From contig NC_092370.1 of the NCBI RefSeq assembly GCF_030028105.1, positions 94,818,969 through 94,882,968 on the forward strand: a DNA stretch of 64,000 nt, read 5' to 3'. The notes under the pieces were generated by a model. The model was not told the origin of the DNA. It made no database searches and was given only the letters and a program-made list of their open reading frames with translations. The stretch's first letter is position 1; every line of letters begins with the position of its first letter. The position numbers and the translations under genes are program-made. The stretch is from Mobula birostris (Eukaryota). Positions 50,551 to 63,298 of the stretch are shown here, piece by piece.

Positions 50551-52020
50551 GAATTGTGCCATAAAAACAACCTCTCACTCAACATCAGCAAAATTAAAGA
50601 CCTGATTATTGACTTCAGGTGGGGTAAGAGGGTTAGCATGCACTAGTTTACACTGGGGGATCAGCGGTGGATCGAGCCAGCAGCTTTAATTTCCTGGGAT
50701 TAACATTTCAGTTGATCTGGCCTAGACCCAGTACATAGATGGAATTAAGAAAAAACACACCCGTGTCTTTACTTTCTTAGTAGTTTAAGGAGGTTCAGAT
50801 TGTCACTGAACACTCTTACAAACTACTACAGATGTACAGTTGAAAGTATCATGATGGTTACATCATAATCTGGTGCGGTAATTTGAATACACAGGAATAC
50901 AAGAAGCTGCAGAGAGTAGTCGATTCTGTCCAGTACATCACATACATTTCCCTCTTCATCATTGGTAGTATCTACTAAAGGTATTGCCCAAGGAGGTAAT
51001 ACCTTCATCAAAGAGCTCCAAGTAGCATGCCAGAATTTTGCAGCTACCATCGAGCAGGAGGTGCAGAAACCTCAAGTCACATACCACCAGATTCAAGCAC
51101 AGCTACTTCCCCTCAACTATTTAGTTCTTGAACCAATCAGCAAAGACCTAATCACTACAGTTTGGCAACACTATGACCACTCAGAGAAGTGGTTCCTAAA
51201 GTTGGCAATATTGCACCTGTGGGAGTTTCTAAGGGGGTGATAAAGATCCAGAGAGTGGTGGGGGTCACTCAGTAGCCAGAGGGGCAGTTGATGGATTACA
51301 GGTTTAATTTAAGAAATTAGTTTTGCATTATAAACATTTGATTCTCAATGACTCATAATTGATTACAACGATCACGCAATCACCTCATCTCTTGCTAACC
51401 CACCATTTTCTTAGACTTTGCTCGAAATGCATTATAGTTGTTGAAGAACAATGTGACACTTCTGTATTTGGCAAATCATGATAAATCAGGACTGAAGAAG
51501 TCATGTTATTTCCTTCCCCAGCCCATGCATTATTGCACTTTGCAGTGTTAGCTGGTATGATTCCCATACTCTAATCATGCAGTGACGCAATTCCTGTGAA
51601 TTTGGGTGTGGTGTTCAGTGGAGTAAAGTTCATAAACTGCCTTCATGAATGGTCTTGATCACATTTCTCTAGCAGCTCATGGCCTAACCAAGATTTTTGT
51701 TGGCTCACTTTATGTACCTTCAGGCAGAGAGTCAGGGTTTGCCTGCGCTATGATGACATAACTTTCACTTCTATTGATCAGTGCTTGAGGTTGGACTTAA
51801 ACAATAGGCAATTAACTATGGTCGTTATTCCGTAATGAAAATGGCAGATGCAGACCAATTGAAAAAGAAGTAGATATTATAATATGGTGTATCTGAAATA
51901 TGGATTTATACCAGCACCAAGCAACCAACAACAGCCAATGTGTCTGTTGTGTGAAAAAATTTTTCAAATGAGACAATGAGACCGTCTTGAAAATTTGAAG
52001 AGAATACACTCTGATAAAGC

Positions 52021-52451
52021 TGTTGTAAACAAAGTCACTGGAGAGAAGTACTGGTGGATATGAAGTGTCTCTTTTCAACAAAATAAGACACAGCAAGCAT
52101 AACTGATACCCCTTTCGGATTAAGAAGTCTGCTTGACCCAACACTACACAACATTTTATATGCTAAAAATCAAAAACAATTCATAACAATTCCATAATTA
52201 CAATGCTTCCTTTGAACTATACACAAACTTCACACCTCCTTCTTTGCACCCAAATGACACCCAAATAATGAATTTAAATCAGTATTGTCTGTTTTTCCAA
52301 TCAACTGTGATTCACAGTTCTTAAGAACCCATTGTTCAGAGCTGCATTTTAGATTTAATCCACAGTTCATATTTGAATCTGCAGACTGGTGGCTGAAGTC
52401 AGTTGCTGAAATAATTTGTGATATGTGCTAACCCCAAAAAATGCTCTAACA
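52021..52451. mobile_element. 431-bp solo LTR inserted in the hAT transposase
   Basis: TGTTG..TAACA termini; AAGC duplicated at 52017-52020 and 52452-52455; transposase reads across (IHSDKA | DKNLFYFQ). Confidence 0.82.
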
Positions 52452-54277
52452 AAGCAGACAAGAACTTGTTTTATTTTCAGTCACTTTGAAAACTTACAAA
52501 ACACTTTAAAACATGTTTGCCACCACTTCATAATGAAACAGTGATGGTTTGTGTGCTTCATACAACATTTCATTGCTCATTGCTGAATCTGGAAAGCCCC
52601 ATACAATTCGAGAAGAACTGACTCTGCCAGTAGTAAGGGAGGTTCTGTGTGCAGTTTTGCATAACTCACCAGACCTAATAATTAATTAATGCGATTCCAT
52701 TCGGCGACAACTCTGTTAAAAGATAAATAAATGACATGTCTGAGAATGTTGAAGACACATTGTGCAACATACTTTGGACAACAGAATTTGCTCTGCAGTT
52801 GGCCGAGTCAACTTTCCCAGACAACATATCATTGCTTCTTGGTTATGTACGCTTCACAAAACATAAAAGCATGGTTCAAGAGTTGTTAATTGCAAGGGGA
52901 CTAGAAACAGATACAAAGGGGGAATCAATATTTTGGGTTTTTGAGCAATTTTTCAAAGAGAACGACATTCCGCTCACCATCATTCTTGCTTAATCAACAG
53001 ATGGGGCACCATCAATGACAGGACATCATCATGGCATTATTACTTTCTTGAAAAATCTATATGTAATGTATTTATCATTCACAGCGTAAATCACAGACAG
53101 CATCTTTTCCCAAAATATCCCAAGGGTTCAGCTGCACAAATCATTAAATGCTGTTATCACAGCAGTAAATAAAAGCAAGTCCATGCTCTCAATTCTTGAC
53201 TATTTTGAGAGCTTTGTATTGAGAATGATGTTTAGTTTGAACACTTGCTATCAAATGGCTCTCAAGAGGAAACTGTCTGAGATGCTTTTATGGGCCTATT
53301 GAAACTGTGATAAAATTCTCTCAATATTCAAATAGTTCATTCAGCAATCAACTCGCATGGGATTGCTTATTTGTCAGCATTATTCACAAAATTTAATGAA
53401 ATCAATCTTCAATTGTAAAGAAACAATGTGAATCTTCTCAAAGTCAAATCTGTTGTCTCCATATTTCTGTCCAAGCTAACCCTATTTATGTGCAACGTTG
53501 CCCGTCGTGACCTTTTCCAATCTCTGAGCTGCTCTGAGGTGGAAGGCGAAGAAAGAATACCAGATGATGATTTCAGGTATATTGTGTCCGCCTGGGTGAG
53601 CTGCAGAAAGACAAGTCGGAGAGATTTCAGGATCTTCTCTCAATTCAAATTGGGTATTAAGTCAATTCCTAAACACTTGTAATGAGGAATGAACTGGAAG
53701 GATGGAGGAAAAGATGACCTCGCTACAAAATGACTGAGCTGAAGCAGAGTTTCAAAAATTCATGTTAAGACTTTTGGTTGCAGAAAAAAAATATCTGAAT
53801 GCTATCCTGCACTGTGGAGGAATGTCAAGATGTTCTTTATAGTCTTTCCAACATCATTTTTAGTAGAGAATGGTTTCAGTGCAGTCGTCCAACTTCTTTC
53901 AAAGCAACAAAACAGAATAAGGTGATCAGAGACTCCTTCTGAGTGACGTTCAGCCTGATTCTGAGAAGCTGATATCACTGCATCAAACCCAACCATAGCA
54001 TTGGAGGGTGAAAAAGCAAGGTGAAATAGTTGTCCTAATTTACACTCTAAAATTATTGAATGAAAATTGTTATTACTGTAATTAAATAAATCATTTTATT
54101 TGTGGCTTTAAATAGATTGAATATTTTTGTAATTATTTTTCACAAATTTGCAGTTCTTATTTTCTTTCACTGTGCATCAGAACTCAAATTAAAAGATTTT
54201 TTTTAATATATTAACTGGATGTTCCTTAAGGTTGCCTTAGCTGGTGTGTCTGTGCGCACGTGCAGGGGCCAGGTGAA

Positions 54278-54550
54278 GTTGCTGAAAGTAGTGATGAGTT
54301 CCCACTGCCCATTAAATGCTCCCAATGATGCGTGTCTCAAAAAGCCTCTGCCAACCAAGTCCAGCTCCAGGCCTTCACGTGTGGCTTAGCTACTAAGCCC
54401 ACTGAAGCCATTTCTACTGATAGTAGAGGCGGCAAAGGTGGTTTAGTGGCACTTTAATGCCAGTCACTCCGGGATGACTGATTTTGAAGTGCAGATACAT
54501 AGACAGCTAGGATGAACCGTTCATGGTCAACCGCAACCAATGGAGGCCTG
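54278..54550 (+). mobile_element. Internally deleted copy of the 20115-20532 RTE-UTR-type element, retaining its 5' part
   Basis: GGCAAAGGTGGTTTAGTGGCAC vs GGCAAAGGCGGGTTACTGGCGC, and ACAGCTAGGATG..CATGGTCAACC shared between the copies. Confidence 0.65.
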
Positions 54551-56947
54551 AGAATGGCTGGGAAGGATGAGGGGAGCTCTGGGGATATTGTCTGGCAGAC
54601 ACTAGAGCAGTAACCCAAAAACCTTAGTCAGTGGGAACCACTGACAGACCATCGTGCACTGAAATAGACTTGTTTTCTTTGTTCTAATTGTGTTTTCTTG
54701 TTAAATTGTTTGTAATTTGTTTAATTTATGTATTCTTGTGAGTGCTGATTAAATGGGGCTATGTGGCTGTGAAACTGCCGCAAATAAATTTTGCATTCCT
54801 CTTCTACATATGACAATAAACTTGACCATTGCCTTTGAATTTTCAATTGCTCATCTCTTTAACTTGAGAAGTTACCATCTTGAACCATTGCAAACCATTT
54901 GTTGAAAGTGCACCAACATTCTAGGATTCAAATGCAATGACTTTAAAGATGGACAACATATTTCAAAGTCACTATATTATTTTGGAGTGGAATATGTAAG
55001 TAAAGATATTCCTATGCAGCTGCTTTCTTTGCTCTTCTAGGTGGTGGGTGTCACTAGTGAGCCAGAGTCAGATTCTGTTCAGCTCTGTGCATGTGGTAGA
55101 GAGCACATATTTCAGCGATTTCATGGCTTAAGGCATCCTACCAAGAGGTTACTTGATACCAGCAACAGATTCCAAAAGTCCTCTTAGTACTGATGGCCCT
55201 TTCCTTACTGAAAATAAAAGTTTGGACTGAAAGGTATTTTAAACTCTGGCACAATGAGAAAATGACATAGATAATATGTCTCTAAATAAAACCACTGGGA
55301 AACTATGTACAGTATGTCAAATATTAATGAGAGGTTAAGATAAGTGAAGCTTTAAAAATTGCTGTTATAAATTGTATCTCAGCAAGCTATGATTAAGCTC
55401 TTGTATTAAGCAATTATATTATGGCCCAGAGCTTTCAAATGACATTCCACCATTATCTGAACTATTGCCACTTAGATTATTGTGCAAATGCCTAATTGAT
55501 AAAGACTAAGTTGTTACAAACCACAAGTATGTATTTGATTAAACATTTCTGGTAAAATCCTTGTTATTGGCAAAATCATAATCACTAATGTCCTTTTATC
55601 AGAATTGAACACTAATTATTTCAGGAAAATTTTTGAGAAATTGTTAAATTTTTGGGGAATTTCACCCTCTCTGTTGATATCACTGTAGGGTACAGAAGAG
55701 AATCTAGAAAATGCATTGCAGCAGTGCATTGAGTTCTTTGAGAAAGACAGTTAACCCTTTGATCTCATGTTTCTTAATTATTATTTTTATCTGATTGGCT
55801 CTGATCCTGCTTACTATTTCCAGTGTTTGGCAGCCAAAAATGTCCAAGTAATAGCTAAAACAGCCCTAATAGCCTTAAACACAACTACAGTAAATGGATG
55901 ACACAGGAGATTGTAGATGCAGGAATCTGCAGCAAAAAAAAGACATTACATTTTGTATTGTAAAAGGACAAAGGTCCAGGGTTTTGCTGGGATGTACCAA
56001 GTGTTCCATTTATAATTGTTAGTGTCCCTATACGTGCATGGGTTAAGAAATTTAAGATTTTAAGGCGTGCATGAGCTCAGAAGTGTCGAACATTCTGGCA
56101 GCATTAGAGTAGAAAACACTTCTAGGACATTTGATTCTTATTGGAATCTAGCAGTGCAGTTCAAAGTTCGAGAGTTCCCTAGTGATGACCCTAGTGAAAA
56201 ATCTGCGACAGGTTGCACCTGCACAGAGAATTCTCACCCATTGACTTTAGCGATGGGTGAAGGTACGTGCCAGTAATTATAGATTTTATTTAATGACTGG
56301 TTTATGTGCTTTTAGAGTTAGGGGAAAGAGCAAATACAGAAGTGAGATATGGTCCAATTTTCACCAGAAGTGACAACTAATGGAAGAAATATTCTCTTCA
56401 ATTATGCTTATGTAGGTAATGAGAGCAGCTCCTAAATTCCACTGTTCCAATTACTCTGGGCTGGATCACATTGACAATTAGCAACCTGTTCCATGGAAAT
56501 CTGACCTCTAATTGTTTTGTATGTATGCAAAAGAGGGTTGCAGGCTCAGCATCTGATCTGCTGCTCAGACCTTCCTCTATCATTGAGCTAGGAACCATTT
56601 TATAATTACTGAGCTAAATGTTGGAATATTGGTAGCATCTAGTCCCTCAGCTTTAACCCAGCTATAGCTGGGACATTTATCACTGCCCTATTCTATAGAA
56701 TCAGGGGCTGACCTTAAGTAAGAAGATAAATTTAGCACCTTTTTTTGTACTTTTCTTCATTTCACTGTGTATTTTCATTTTTAGTTGACTGAATCAAACT
56801 AGACTAGCCATATGTGCAATTTAGCTATAAGACTAGGTGTGAGGCTAGGACTCCTGTGATGATCAACTCAACTTCTAACTCCCCAAAGCCTGTCCACCAT
56901 TGCAAGGCTCAAGTCAGGAGTGAGGGAATTATACTTACAGATGTAGC

Positions 56948-59900
56948 TGTTGCAAGGACAAGCCTGAGGACAAACCCAAGTACAGGACAAAGGAAGAGTC
57001 ATGAGGCATTAGCACCACCACAACCAGGGAACCGAGTTTTATCCTGTGTTTGCTAATGGGAACCAGGTGTGCTGTAATTAGTGGAACTGGGAATGACTGA
57101 TAATCAGCCGAGGGGTTTAAGGCCATTTAAGGAGGTAATAGCAAGATGGGGAATTGCTAGACAGGACCATGATAGTACCGCGCCCCCCCCCCACCACAAC
57201 GGGAGCCTCTAGGCTTGTCTGAATGGTCCCGATGGAAGTCTTGGATGAGGGAGGGGTCCAGGATGAAGGAGCGGGGAACCTAGGAATGCTCCTCTGGGCC
57301 GTACACTTCCAAGTTGACCAGGTATTGGAGGCCCCCGCCCCAACGGTGCACATCTAGTAGCCGCCGGATGGTGTATGCCGGATGGTTGTCGATAATCCGG
57401 GCAGGTGGAGGAGTTTCGGTTGGAGGACACAAGCAGCTGACGGAAAGTGTTTTTAATTGGGAAACATGAAAAGTAGGGTGGATGTGCATAGATCTTGGTA
57501 GTTTAAGTCGGACTGCTGTGGGGTTGATAATACTTTCGACCTTGAAAGGTCCCAGGAAGCAAGGGGCAAGTTTCTTAGACGAGCTTTTGAGAGAGATGTC
57601 TTTGGATGAAAGCCACACCATCTGCCCAGGTCAATATTCAGGCGGAGTCTGGTGTCGATCAGCAATCCTCCTATTGTGATCGGCTGATCTGAGCAGGGCC
57701 ATGCGTGTGTCCTCCCAAACCTTGTGGCCCCGATTGATACGGGCCTGAACAGATGGCACCACAATCTCCTCTTCTTGCATGGGAAACAGCGGGGGTTGGT
57801 ACCCAAGGGAGCACTCGAAGCGAGACCTTCCGATGGCAGTACTAACCAGACAGGTGGTCACTCCAGGTAGACGGGTTGTTGGTTGTAATACAATGTAGCA
57901 TGGCCTCCAAGTCCTGGTTGACCCGTCCCATTTGCCCATTTGTCTGTGGGTAGAAGCCGCATGACAGGCTGACCAAGGCACCCAAGGCTTGACAGAAGGC
58001 CTTCCATACTTGCAAGATGAATTGGGGACCTCAATCGGAGGCAAAGTCCGCAGGGATTCTGTGGAGGCGGAAGACATGGTGGACGAGAAGGTCTGTGGTT
58101 TTCTGAGCAGAATGGAGTTTAGGGAGGGCTACAAAATGCACCGTCTTGGAGAACCGATCTACCACGGGTGAGTACAGTGGTGTTTCTGTGTGAAGGCGGT
58201 AGACCGGTGACGAAATCTAGGGTGATGTGCGAAGGACGACCAGGGACAGGTAGGGGACAAAGTAATCCCGCAGGTGGCCGATGAGAGACTCTGCCACGGG
58301 CACAGACAGAACATGCAGAGACATAGGAATGGGTATCCATCTCCATGGACAGCCACCAAATAAGTGTTTTTTCAGGACAGCCAGGGTCTGATCACTCCCA
58401 GGGTGGCAGGCGAACCGAGATGTGTGTCCCCGTTGGATAACCTGAGACCTGACGGAATCAGGCACGAAAAGGAGATCGGCGGGTCCATTGTCGGGGTCAG
58501 GGTCATCCCGTTGGACTTTCTTTACTATGGACTTAATCTCCCAAGTGAGGGTTGCCACCACGCAGGATGGTGGAAAGATAGTCTCTGGGCTGGAAGTGTC
58601 CTCTTTGGAGTTGTATTGGCAGAAGAGCATGTCCGACTTCCCATTTTTGGACCCTGGATGGTATGTGAGGGAAAACTTGAACCGTCCAAAAAATAATTCC
58701 CAACAGGCCTGGCGGGAGTTCAAACGTTTGACGGTCTGAATATATCCCAGGTTCTTATGATCAGTCCACACAACAAACGGGTGTTCCGCCCCCTCCAGCC
58801 AGTGCCTTCACTCCTCCAATGCTAGCTTGACCGCCAGTAGTTCCCTATTCCCCACGTCGTAATTCTGCTTGGTGGGGGACAGTCGGCAAGAAAAGAAGGC
58901 ACAGGTATGAAGCTTTTCGTCTGGACTTGATCGTTGGGACAGGACTGCTTCTACCCCGGAGTCAGAGACGTCCACCTCAACAATGAATTGACGGGAGGGG
59001 TCTGGTTGGACGAGGATGGGAGTTGTTGTGAACTGACTCCTCCGGTCAGTGAATGCTGAATCAGCCTCAGAGTCCTGACAAAAAGGTGTGGTAGGCGAGG
59101 TAAGTCGGGGAAGGGGCACCGCCACCCGACTGTAATCCCTGATAAATTGGCGATAAAAGTTTGCAAACCCCCAAAACCGCTGAAGTTGCTTGCGGGTCAC
59201 GGGTCTGGGCCATTCTTCCACTGCTCGGATCTTCTCATGGTCTACCCTCACCTGCCCACTCTCGATGATGTAGCCTAGGAAGCTGACTGAAGGGACGTGG
59301 AACTCACATTTCTCCGCCTTCACAAGTAAATTGTTCTCCCACAGTCTCTGGAGGACTAGACGGACATGGTGAATGCGTTTCTGGGGGCTGCTAGGAAATA
59401 TTAAGATATCATCTAAGTAGACTAACATGACGTGATTAATAAAATCCCTCGGTACGTCATTGATTAGGGCTTAAAAAATGGCAGAGACATTGTTGAGGCC
59501 AAACGGCATGACCAAGTATTTGAAGTGGTCCAAGGGTGTATTAAAGGCAGTCTTCCACTCGTCTCCCTCCCTCATCCTGACTAGATGGTAGGCGCTACAA
59601 AGGTCCAACTTCGAGAAGATGGTGGCTCCATGAAGTGGTTCAAATGCAGAGTTAATGTGGGGTACTTATTTTTAACTGTTATATTGTTTAGGCCTCTGTA
59701 ATCAATACAGGGACGAAGTGACCCATCCTTCTTCTCTACAAAGAAGAAACCAGCGCCCCCTGGGGAGGATGAAGGTCAAATAATGCCCACCGCGGGGGAC
59801 TCACGAATGCATTTCTCCATGGCCTCTCTCTCCAGTCAGGATAAGTTATAAAGATAAGTGGGTAACGAGGCCCCAGGGAGAAGGTCAATAGCGCAATAAT

Positions 59901-61775
59901 ACAGGTGGTGTGGAGGCAGGGAAAGACTGCAGACAGGTGGCGTGGCAAAACTGGCTCCAACTGGCTATCCTCCTGGTAAACCAGTCGATGCAGGGGTTGT
60001 TGTGGTTCAGCCAGGGATATCCTAGAACTACAGGAGCTTGAGGAGAATGGATGAGATTAAATCGTACCTCCTCTCGATGGTTTCCGGACAGAAGCAAGGT
60101 CAGGGGTGGCGTACAGTGAGTAACCCGAGCCAGCAGTTTTCCATCCAGCGCCCGGGCCTCCAGAGGGGTACTTAACGGCTCCCGAGGTATTCCGGCCCGG
60201 GAGGCTATGTCCTCGTCCAGCAGATTTCCCTCAGCACCTGAATCCACCAAGGCGGTAGGGACAGGGACTGTTGTTGATAGTTCACGGTAGCCGGGATCTG
60301 CATCCGGGTCTGGGGTCTGAAGGGAGTGTCGTCTGGCTCACCAGGGTCCCCCTTTCTACTGGTGAGCCCTCCCCTTTGGCTGAAGAGGACATGTATCCCG
60401 GAAATATTCCAGCTGGCTGCAATAATAACAATCCCTAGCTCTCCGCCTCCAAAGTTGTTCGGCAGGAGAGAGACGGTTCTGTCCCAGCTGCATCAGTTCC
60501 TCCCCAAGGGTAGTGGGGACAGTTGGAGTAGGAGCTATACTTGGAGCAGCTGGGGAAGGGAGGCTGGCTGAAGATGGTAAGATGGGACGTGGGCTGACCT
60601 GAGGAGTGGGGCGACTGGTCTTTTCTCTCAGATGCTCTTGAAGTTGATTATCGAGCCTGGTGGCTAGAGAGATCAGAGTCCCGGCTGTCCGCATCATCCC
60701 TCGCTGCCAGTTCATCTCTTATCTGAGAGGCCCTGTTGGAACACTTCCCATCGTGCCTCGTCATTCCACCCAGAGTTGGCGGCTAATGTTCAGAACTCAA
60801 TGGAATATTTTACTACGCTTCTTGAACCCTGACAGAGCGTTAGCAAGTGCTTAGCGGCATCCTTACCGCAAATGGGCTGTTCAAAGACCTTCCTCATTTC
60901 GGAGATGAAGGAGGGGAAGGAGGAACAGACCTCTGGTTGGCTGTCCCAGATCATGGTGGCCCATGCCAAGGCACCCCTCGTAACAGCCCCATGATGTATG
61001 CAATCTTTGATCTGTCCGAGGTGTACGTACGTGGCTGTTTCTCAAAGACCAAAGAGCATTGTAATACGAAGGCCCAGCACTTCTTTAGGTCCCCAGCATA
61101 GGGTTGCAGTTCAGGTATGTACGGCTCTCGAGGGGATTGTATTGCCAATCCAAGGGACGTAGCCATCCCAACTTGTGCGGTTTGGTCAGTCGGGGTTCTT
61201 GGAAGGGATGGAGTAAGGGAAGGGGATACCCGGTCAACCTGCTCACTGACCTTCCTCACATTAATGGACAGCTCATGAAGGTTTTCCATGACCTCTCTGA
61301 GCAGTTGGTCATGGGCACTCAGTAGGTAGCCTTGACTGGCGAGGGCCTGTTGCACAGGGTCCATGTCCACTGGGTTCATTCTTGGCCAGTTCGTTCTGTT
61401 GCAAGGACAAACCTAAGTGCAGGACACAAGTGCGGAGGCAGAGTCGTGAGGCATTAGTACTGCCGCAAACGGGGAACCGGTATCCAGGAGAGTCTTTACA
61501 CAGAGACAAGGTTTACATAGAGTATCCAGGAAATGATGCGGAGCTTAGATTTGGCAGTCCCAAGGAGTCAGGAAACTAGGTTTACTCACACTAGAGTCAA
61601 CCAACAAGCTGGCAAAGCATGACTGTGCTGCCCGAGTTTTATCCTATGTTCATTAATGGGAACCAGGTGTTCTGTAATTAGTAGAACTGGGAATGATTGG
61701 AAATCAGATGAGGGGATTAAGGCCCAATTAAGGAGGTAATAGCAAGATGGGGAATTGCCAGACAGGACCATGACG
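56948..61775 (-). mobile_element. Near-complete decayed sushi-type (chromovirus) Ty3/Gypsy retrotransposon
   Basis: LTRs 61397-61775 and 56948-57174; TSD GTAGC/ATAGC. Gag QPYAGDLKKCWAFVLQCSLVF..KIAYIMGLLRG; knuckle CYYC; protease LVDSGA; [11 protein letters not shown]; RNase [21 protein letters not shown]; integrase CSVC, GPF motif; chromodomain [20 protein letters not shown]; G-rich PPT. Confidence 0.95.
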
Positions 61776-62049
61776 ATAGCGGGTGACAAATGAGGCATAT
61801 TCTCAAGGTTTGTGATTTCTCCTTGTGTGCTGCCCTCCTTGAACATTCACGATTTAGTCCTTTCAAAACACTCCTGAAACATAAAGGTTGCCTCATATAT
61901 GATGGTTCTCACGATGGAGAAAATGGAGAAATCAGCCAGAAAAGAGTCCTAACTTTGTAGAATTATTACTACATCTAATCTCCTGGAAGAGAATCTCTTG
62001 TGTATCCTGTAAACTTTCAGAAAAGGGTCCCGCTATTGCTCTTTAACCA

Positions 62050-62187
62050 GATTTCTGGATATTAAGGGGAAAGGGACATGAAGTTATAACAGGGATATTG
62101 TGCTGAGGTACAAGATTGGCATGACCTTGATGAATGGCAGAGCAGGCTTGAAGTGCCCATTTCCTGCTCCTAATTTTTATGTCTATG
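62050..62187 (+). mobile_element. CR1 3' tail
   Basis: GAATGGCAGAGCAGGCTTGAAG..CCTGCTCCTAATTTTTATGTCTATG. Confidence 0.65.
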
Positions 62188-62784
62188 AGAGGTTCGTGCA
62201 ATGCATTTTGGAAATGCAGCTGTGGAGCACTGGTGATGGAGGAACACTTGGTGATTTAGATGGTGTGCAAATCAAATGGACTGATTGGTCCTGGATGGTG
62301 GCAAGTTTGTTGAGAGTTGTTGGAGTTGTACCCATCTAGAGATTCTGAGAGGAAAAAGGCTTCACAATTCAATTTATCTATACCTTTCATAATTTTGCAT
62401 ACCTCTATAAGATCATCATTCTTCTGCACTCCATTGAATAAAGTCCTAAATTCAGTTCTTCTGCCGTGCATAGTCACTTCTGTTTTTAGCCATGCAATAA
62501 TAATGAATGGAATTTTAAGTAATTCCAGGCATGGAAAATGAATTGATCTTTTAACAGAGATATTAGGCTCTGTACAACCCCTAGTTCTTTCTCTGCCTTT
62601 CAGATTAGCTTTCTAAAATTGTATTGGGCTATAGAAAGCCACAAGCTCCATCTGTTGGTTTCTAGTGAATCTGCAACTTAGAGTATGAATAGCAATAAAT
62701 AAAGTGATGGGAAAGCACCTTACAACCATTGAAGCTAAAAGCCAGTAATTTATCGAGCATAACAATAAAATGATGCACAATTAC

Positions 62785-63298
62785 TCCCTGTACACTTATG
62801 ACTGCATCCTTTAACTCCATCTACAACTTTGCAGATGACATTGCTGTAGTAGGCCATTTCTCAATTAATGATGAATCGGGGTATAAGATAGAGAGGCTAG
62901 TGACATGACAACAACCTTTCCTTCGATGTCAACAAAACCAAAGAGCAGGTAGGTAGTGCACATGCTCCTAGCTACACAACATTTGAGAGGGTTGAGAGCT
63001 TCAAGTTCCCAAGAGTGAACATCACCAATTGCCTGTCTTGGTCCACCATCACGACAAGCATCACCTACATGGACTCTGTCGACACTTCTCACTGACTCAG
63101 TAAAGCAGCCAGTGTCATCAGAGATCCCATCCATCGGACATTTTCTCCCCTCCCATCAGGCAGCAGATAGAAGAGTCTGAAAGCACGTACCACTAGGCTC
63201 AAGGATCGATTGCCTCCTGCTGTTATAAGACTATTGAACGTTTCCCTCGTACAGTAATATGGACAGTTGTATGACAATAATTAACCAATTTACCAATT
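62785..63298 (+). mobile_element. Decayed Rex1/Babar fragment
   Basis: SIYNFADDIAVVG; LPSGSR*KSLKARTTRLKDRLPPAVIRLLN; ACCAATTTACCAATTT tail. Confidence 0.75.

Larger units (their letters stand above)
51187..54643 (+). mobile_element. hAT Charlie/Buster-type DNA transposon with pseudogenised transposase (about 51841-54000)
   Basis: TIRs AAGTGGTTCCTA / rc CAGTGGTTCCCA. BED finger YLKYGFI..PMCLLCEKIFSNETMRPS; IAESGKPHTI; FALQLAEST; STDGAPSMTG; FPTSFLVENGFS. 8-bp TSD not cleanly resolved. Confidence 0.88.
49290..54838 (+). mobile_element. Rex1/Babar LINE fragment hosting a solo LTR and a hAT element
   Basis: CHKNNLSLNISKIKDLIIDFR directly after 50555; YYRCTVESI; 3'UTR resumes after 54643 and ends ATGACAATAAACTTGACC. 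Confidence 0.8.

Noticed and set aside
51841-54000. ZBED5/SCAND3/FAM200-like host gene
   Set aside because: Multiple stops and frameshifts, an LTR insertion and flanking TIRs; a dead hAT transposase.
60356-61379. PEG10/RTL-like domesticated gag gene
   Set aside because: Lies between LTRs with a TSD and carries frameshifts; an ordinary decaying retrotransposon.
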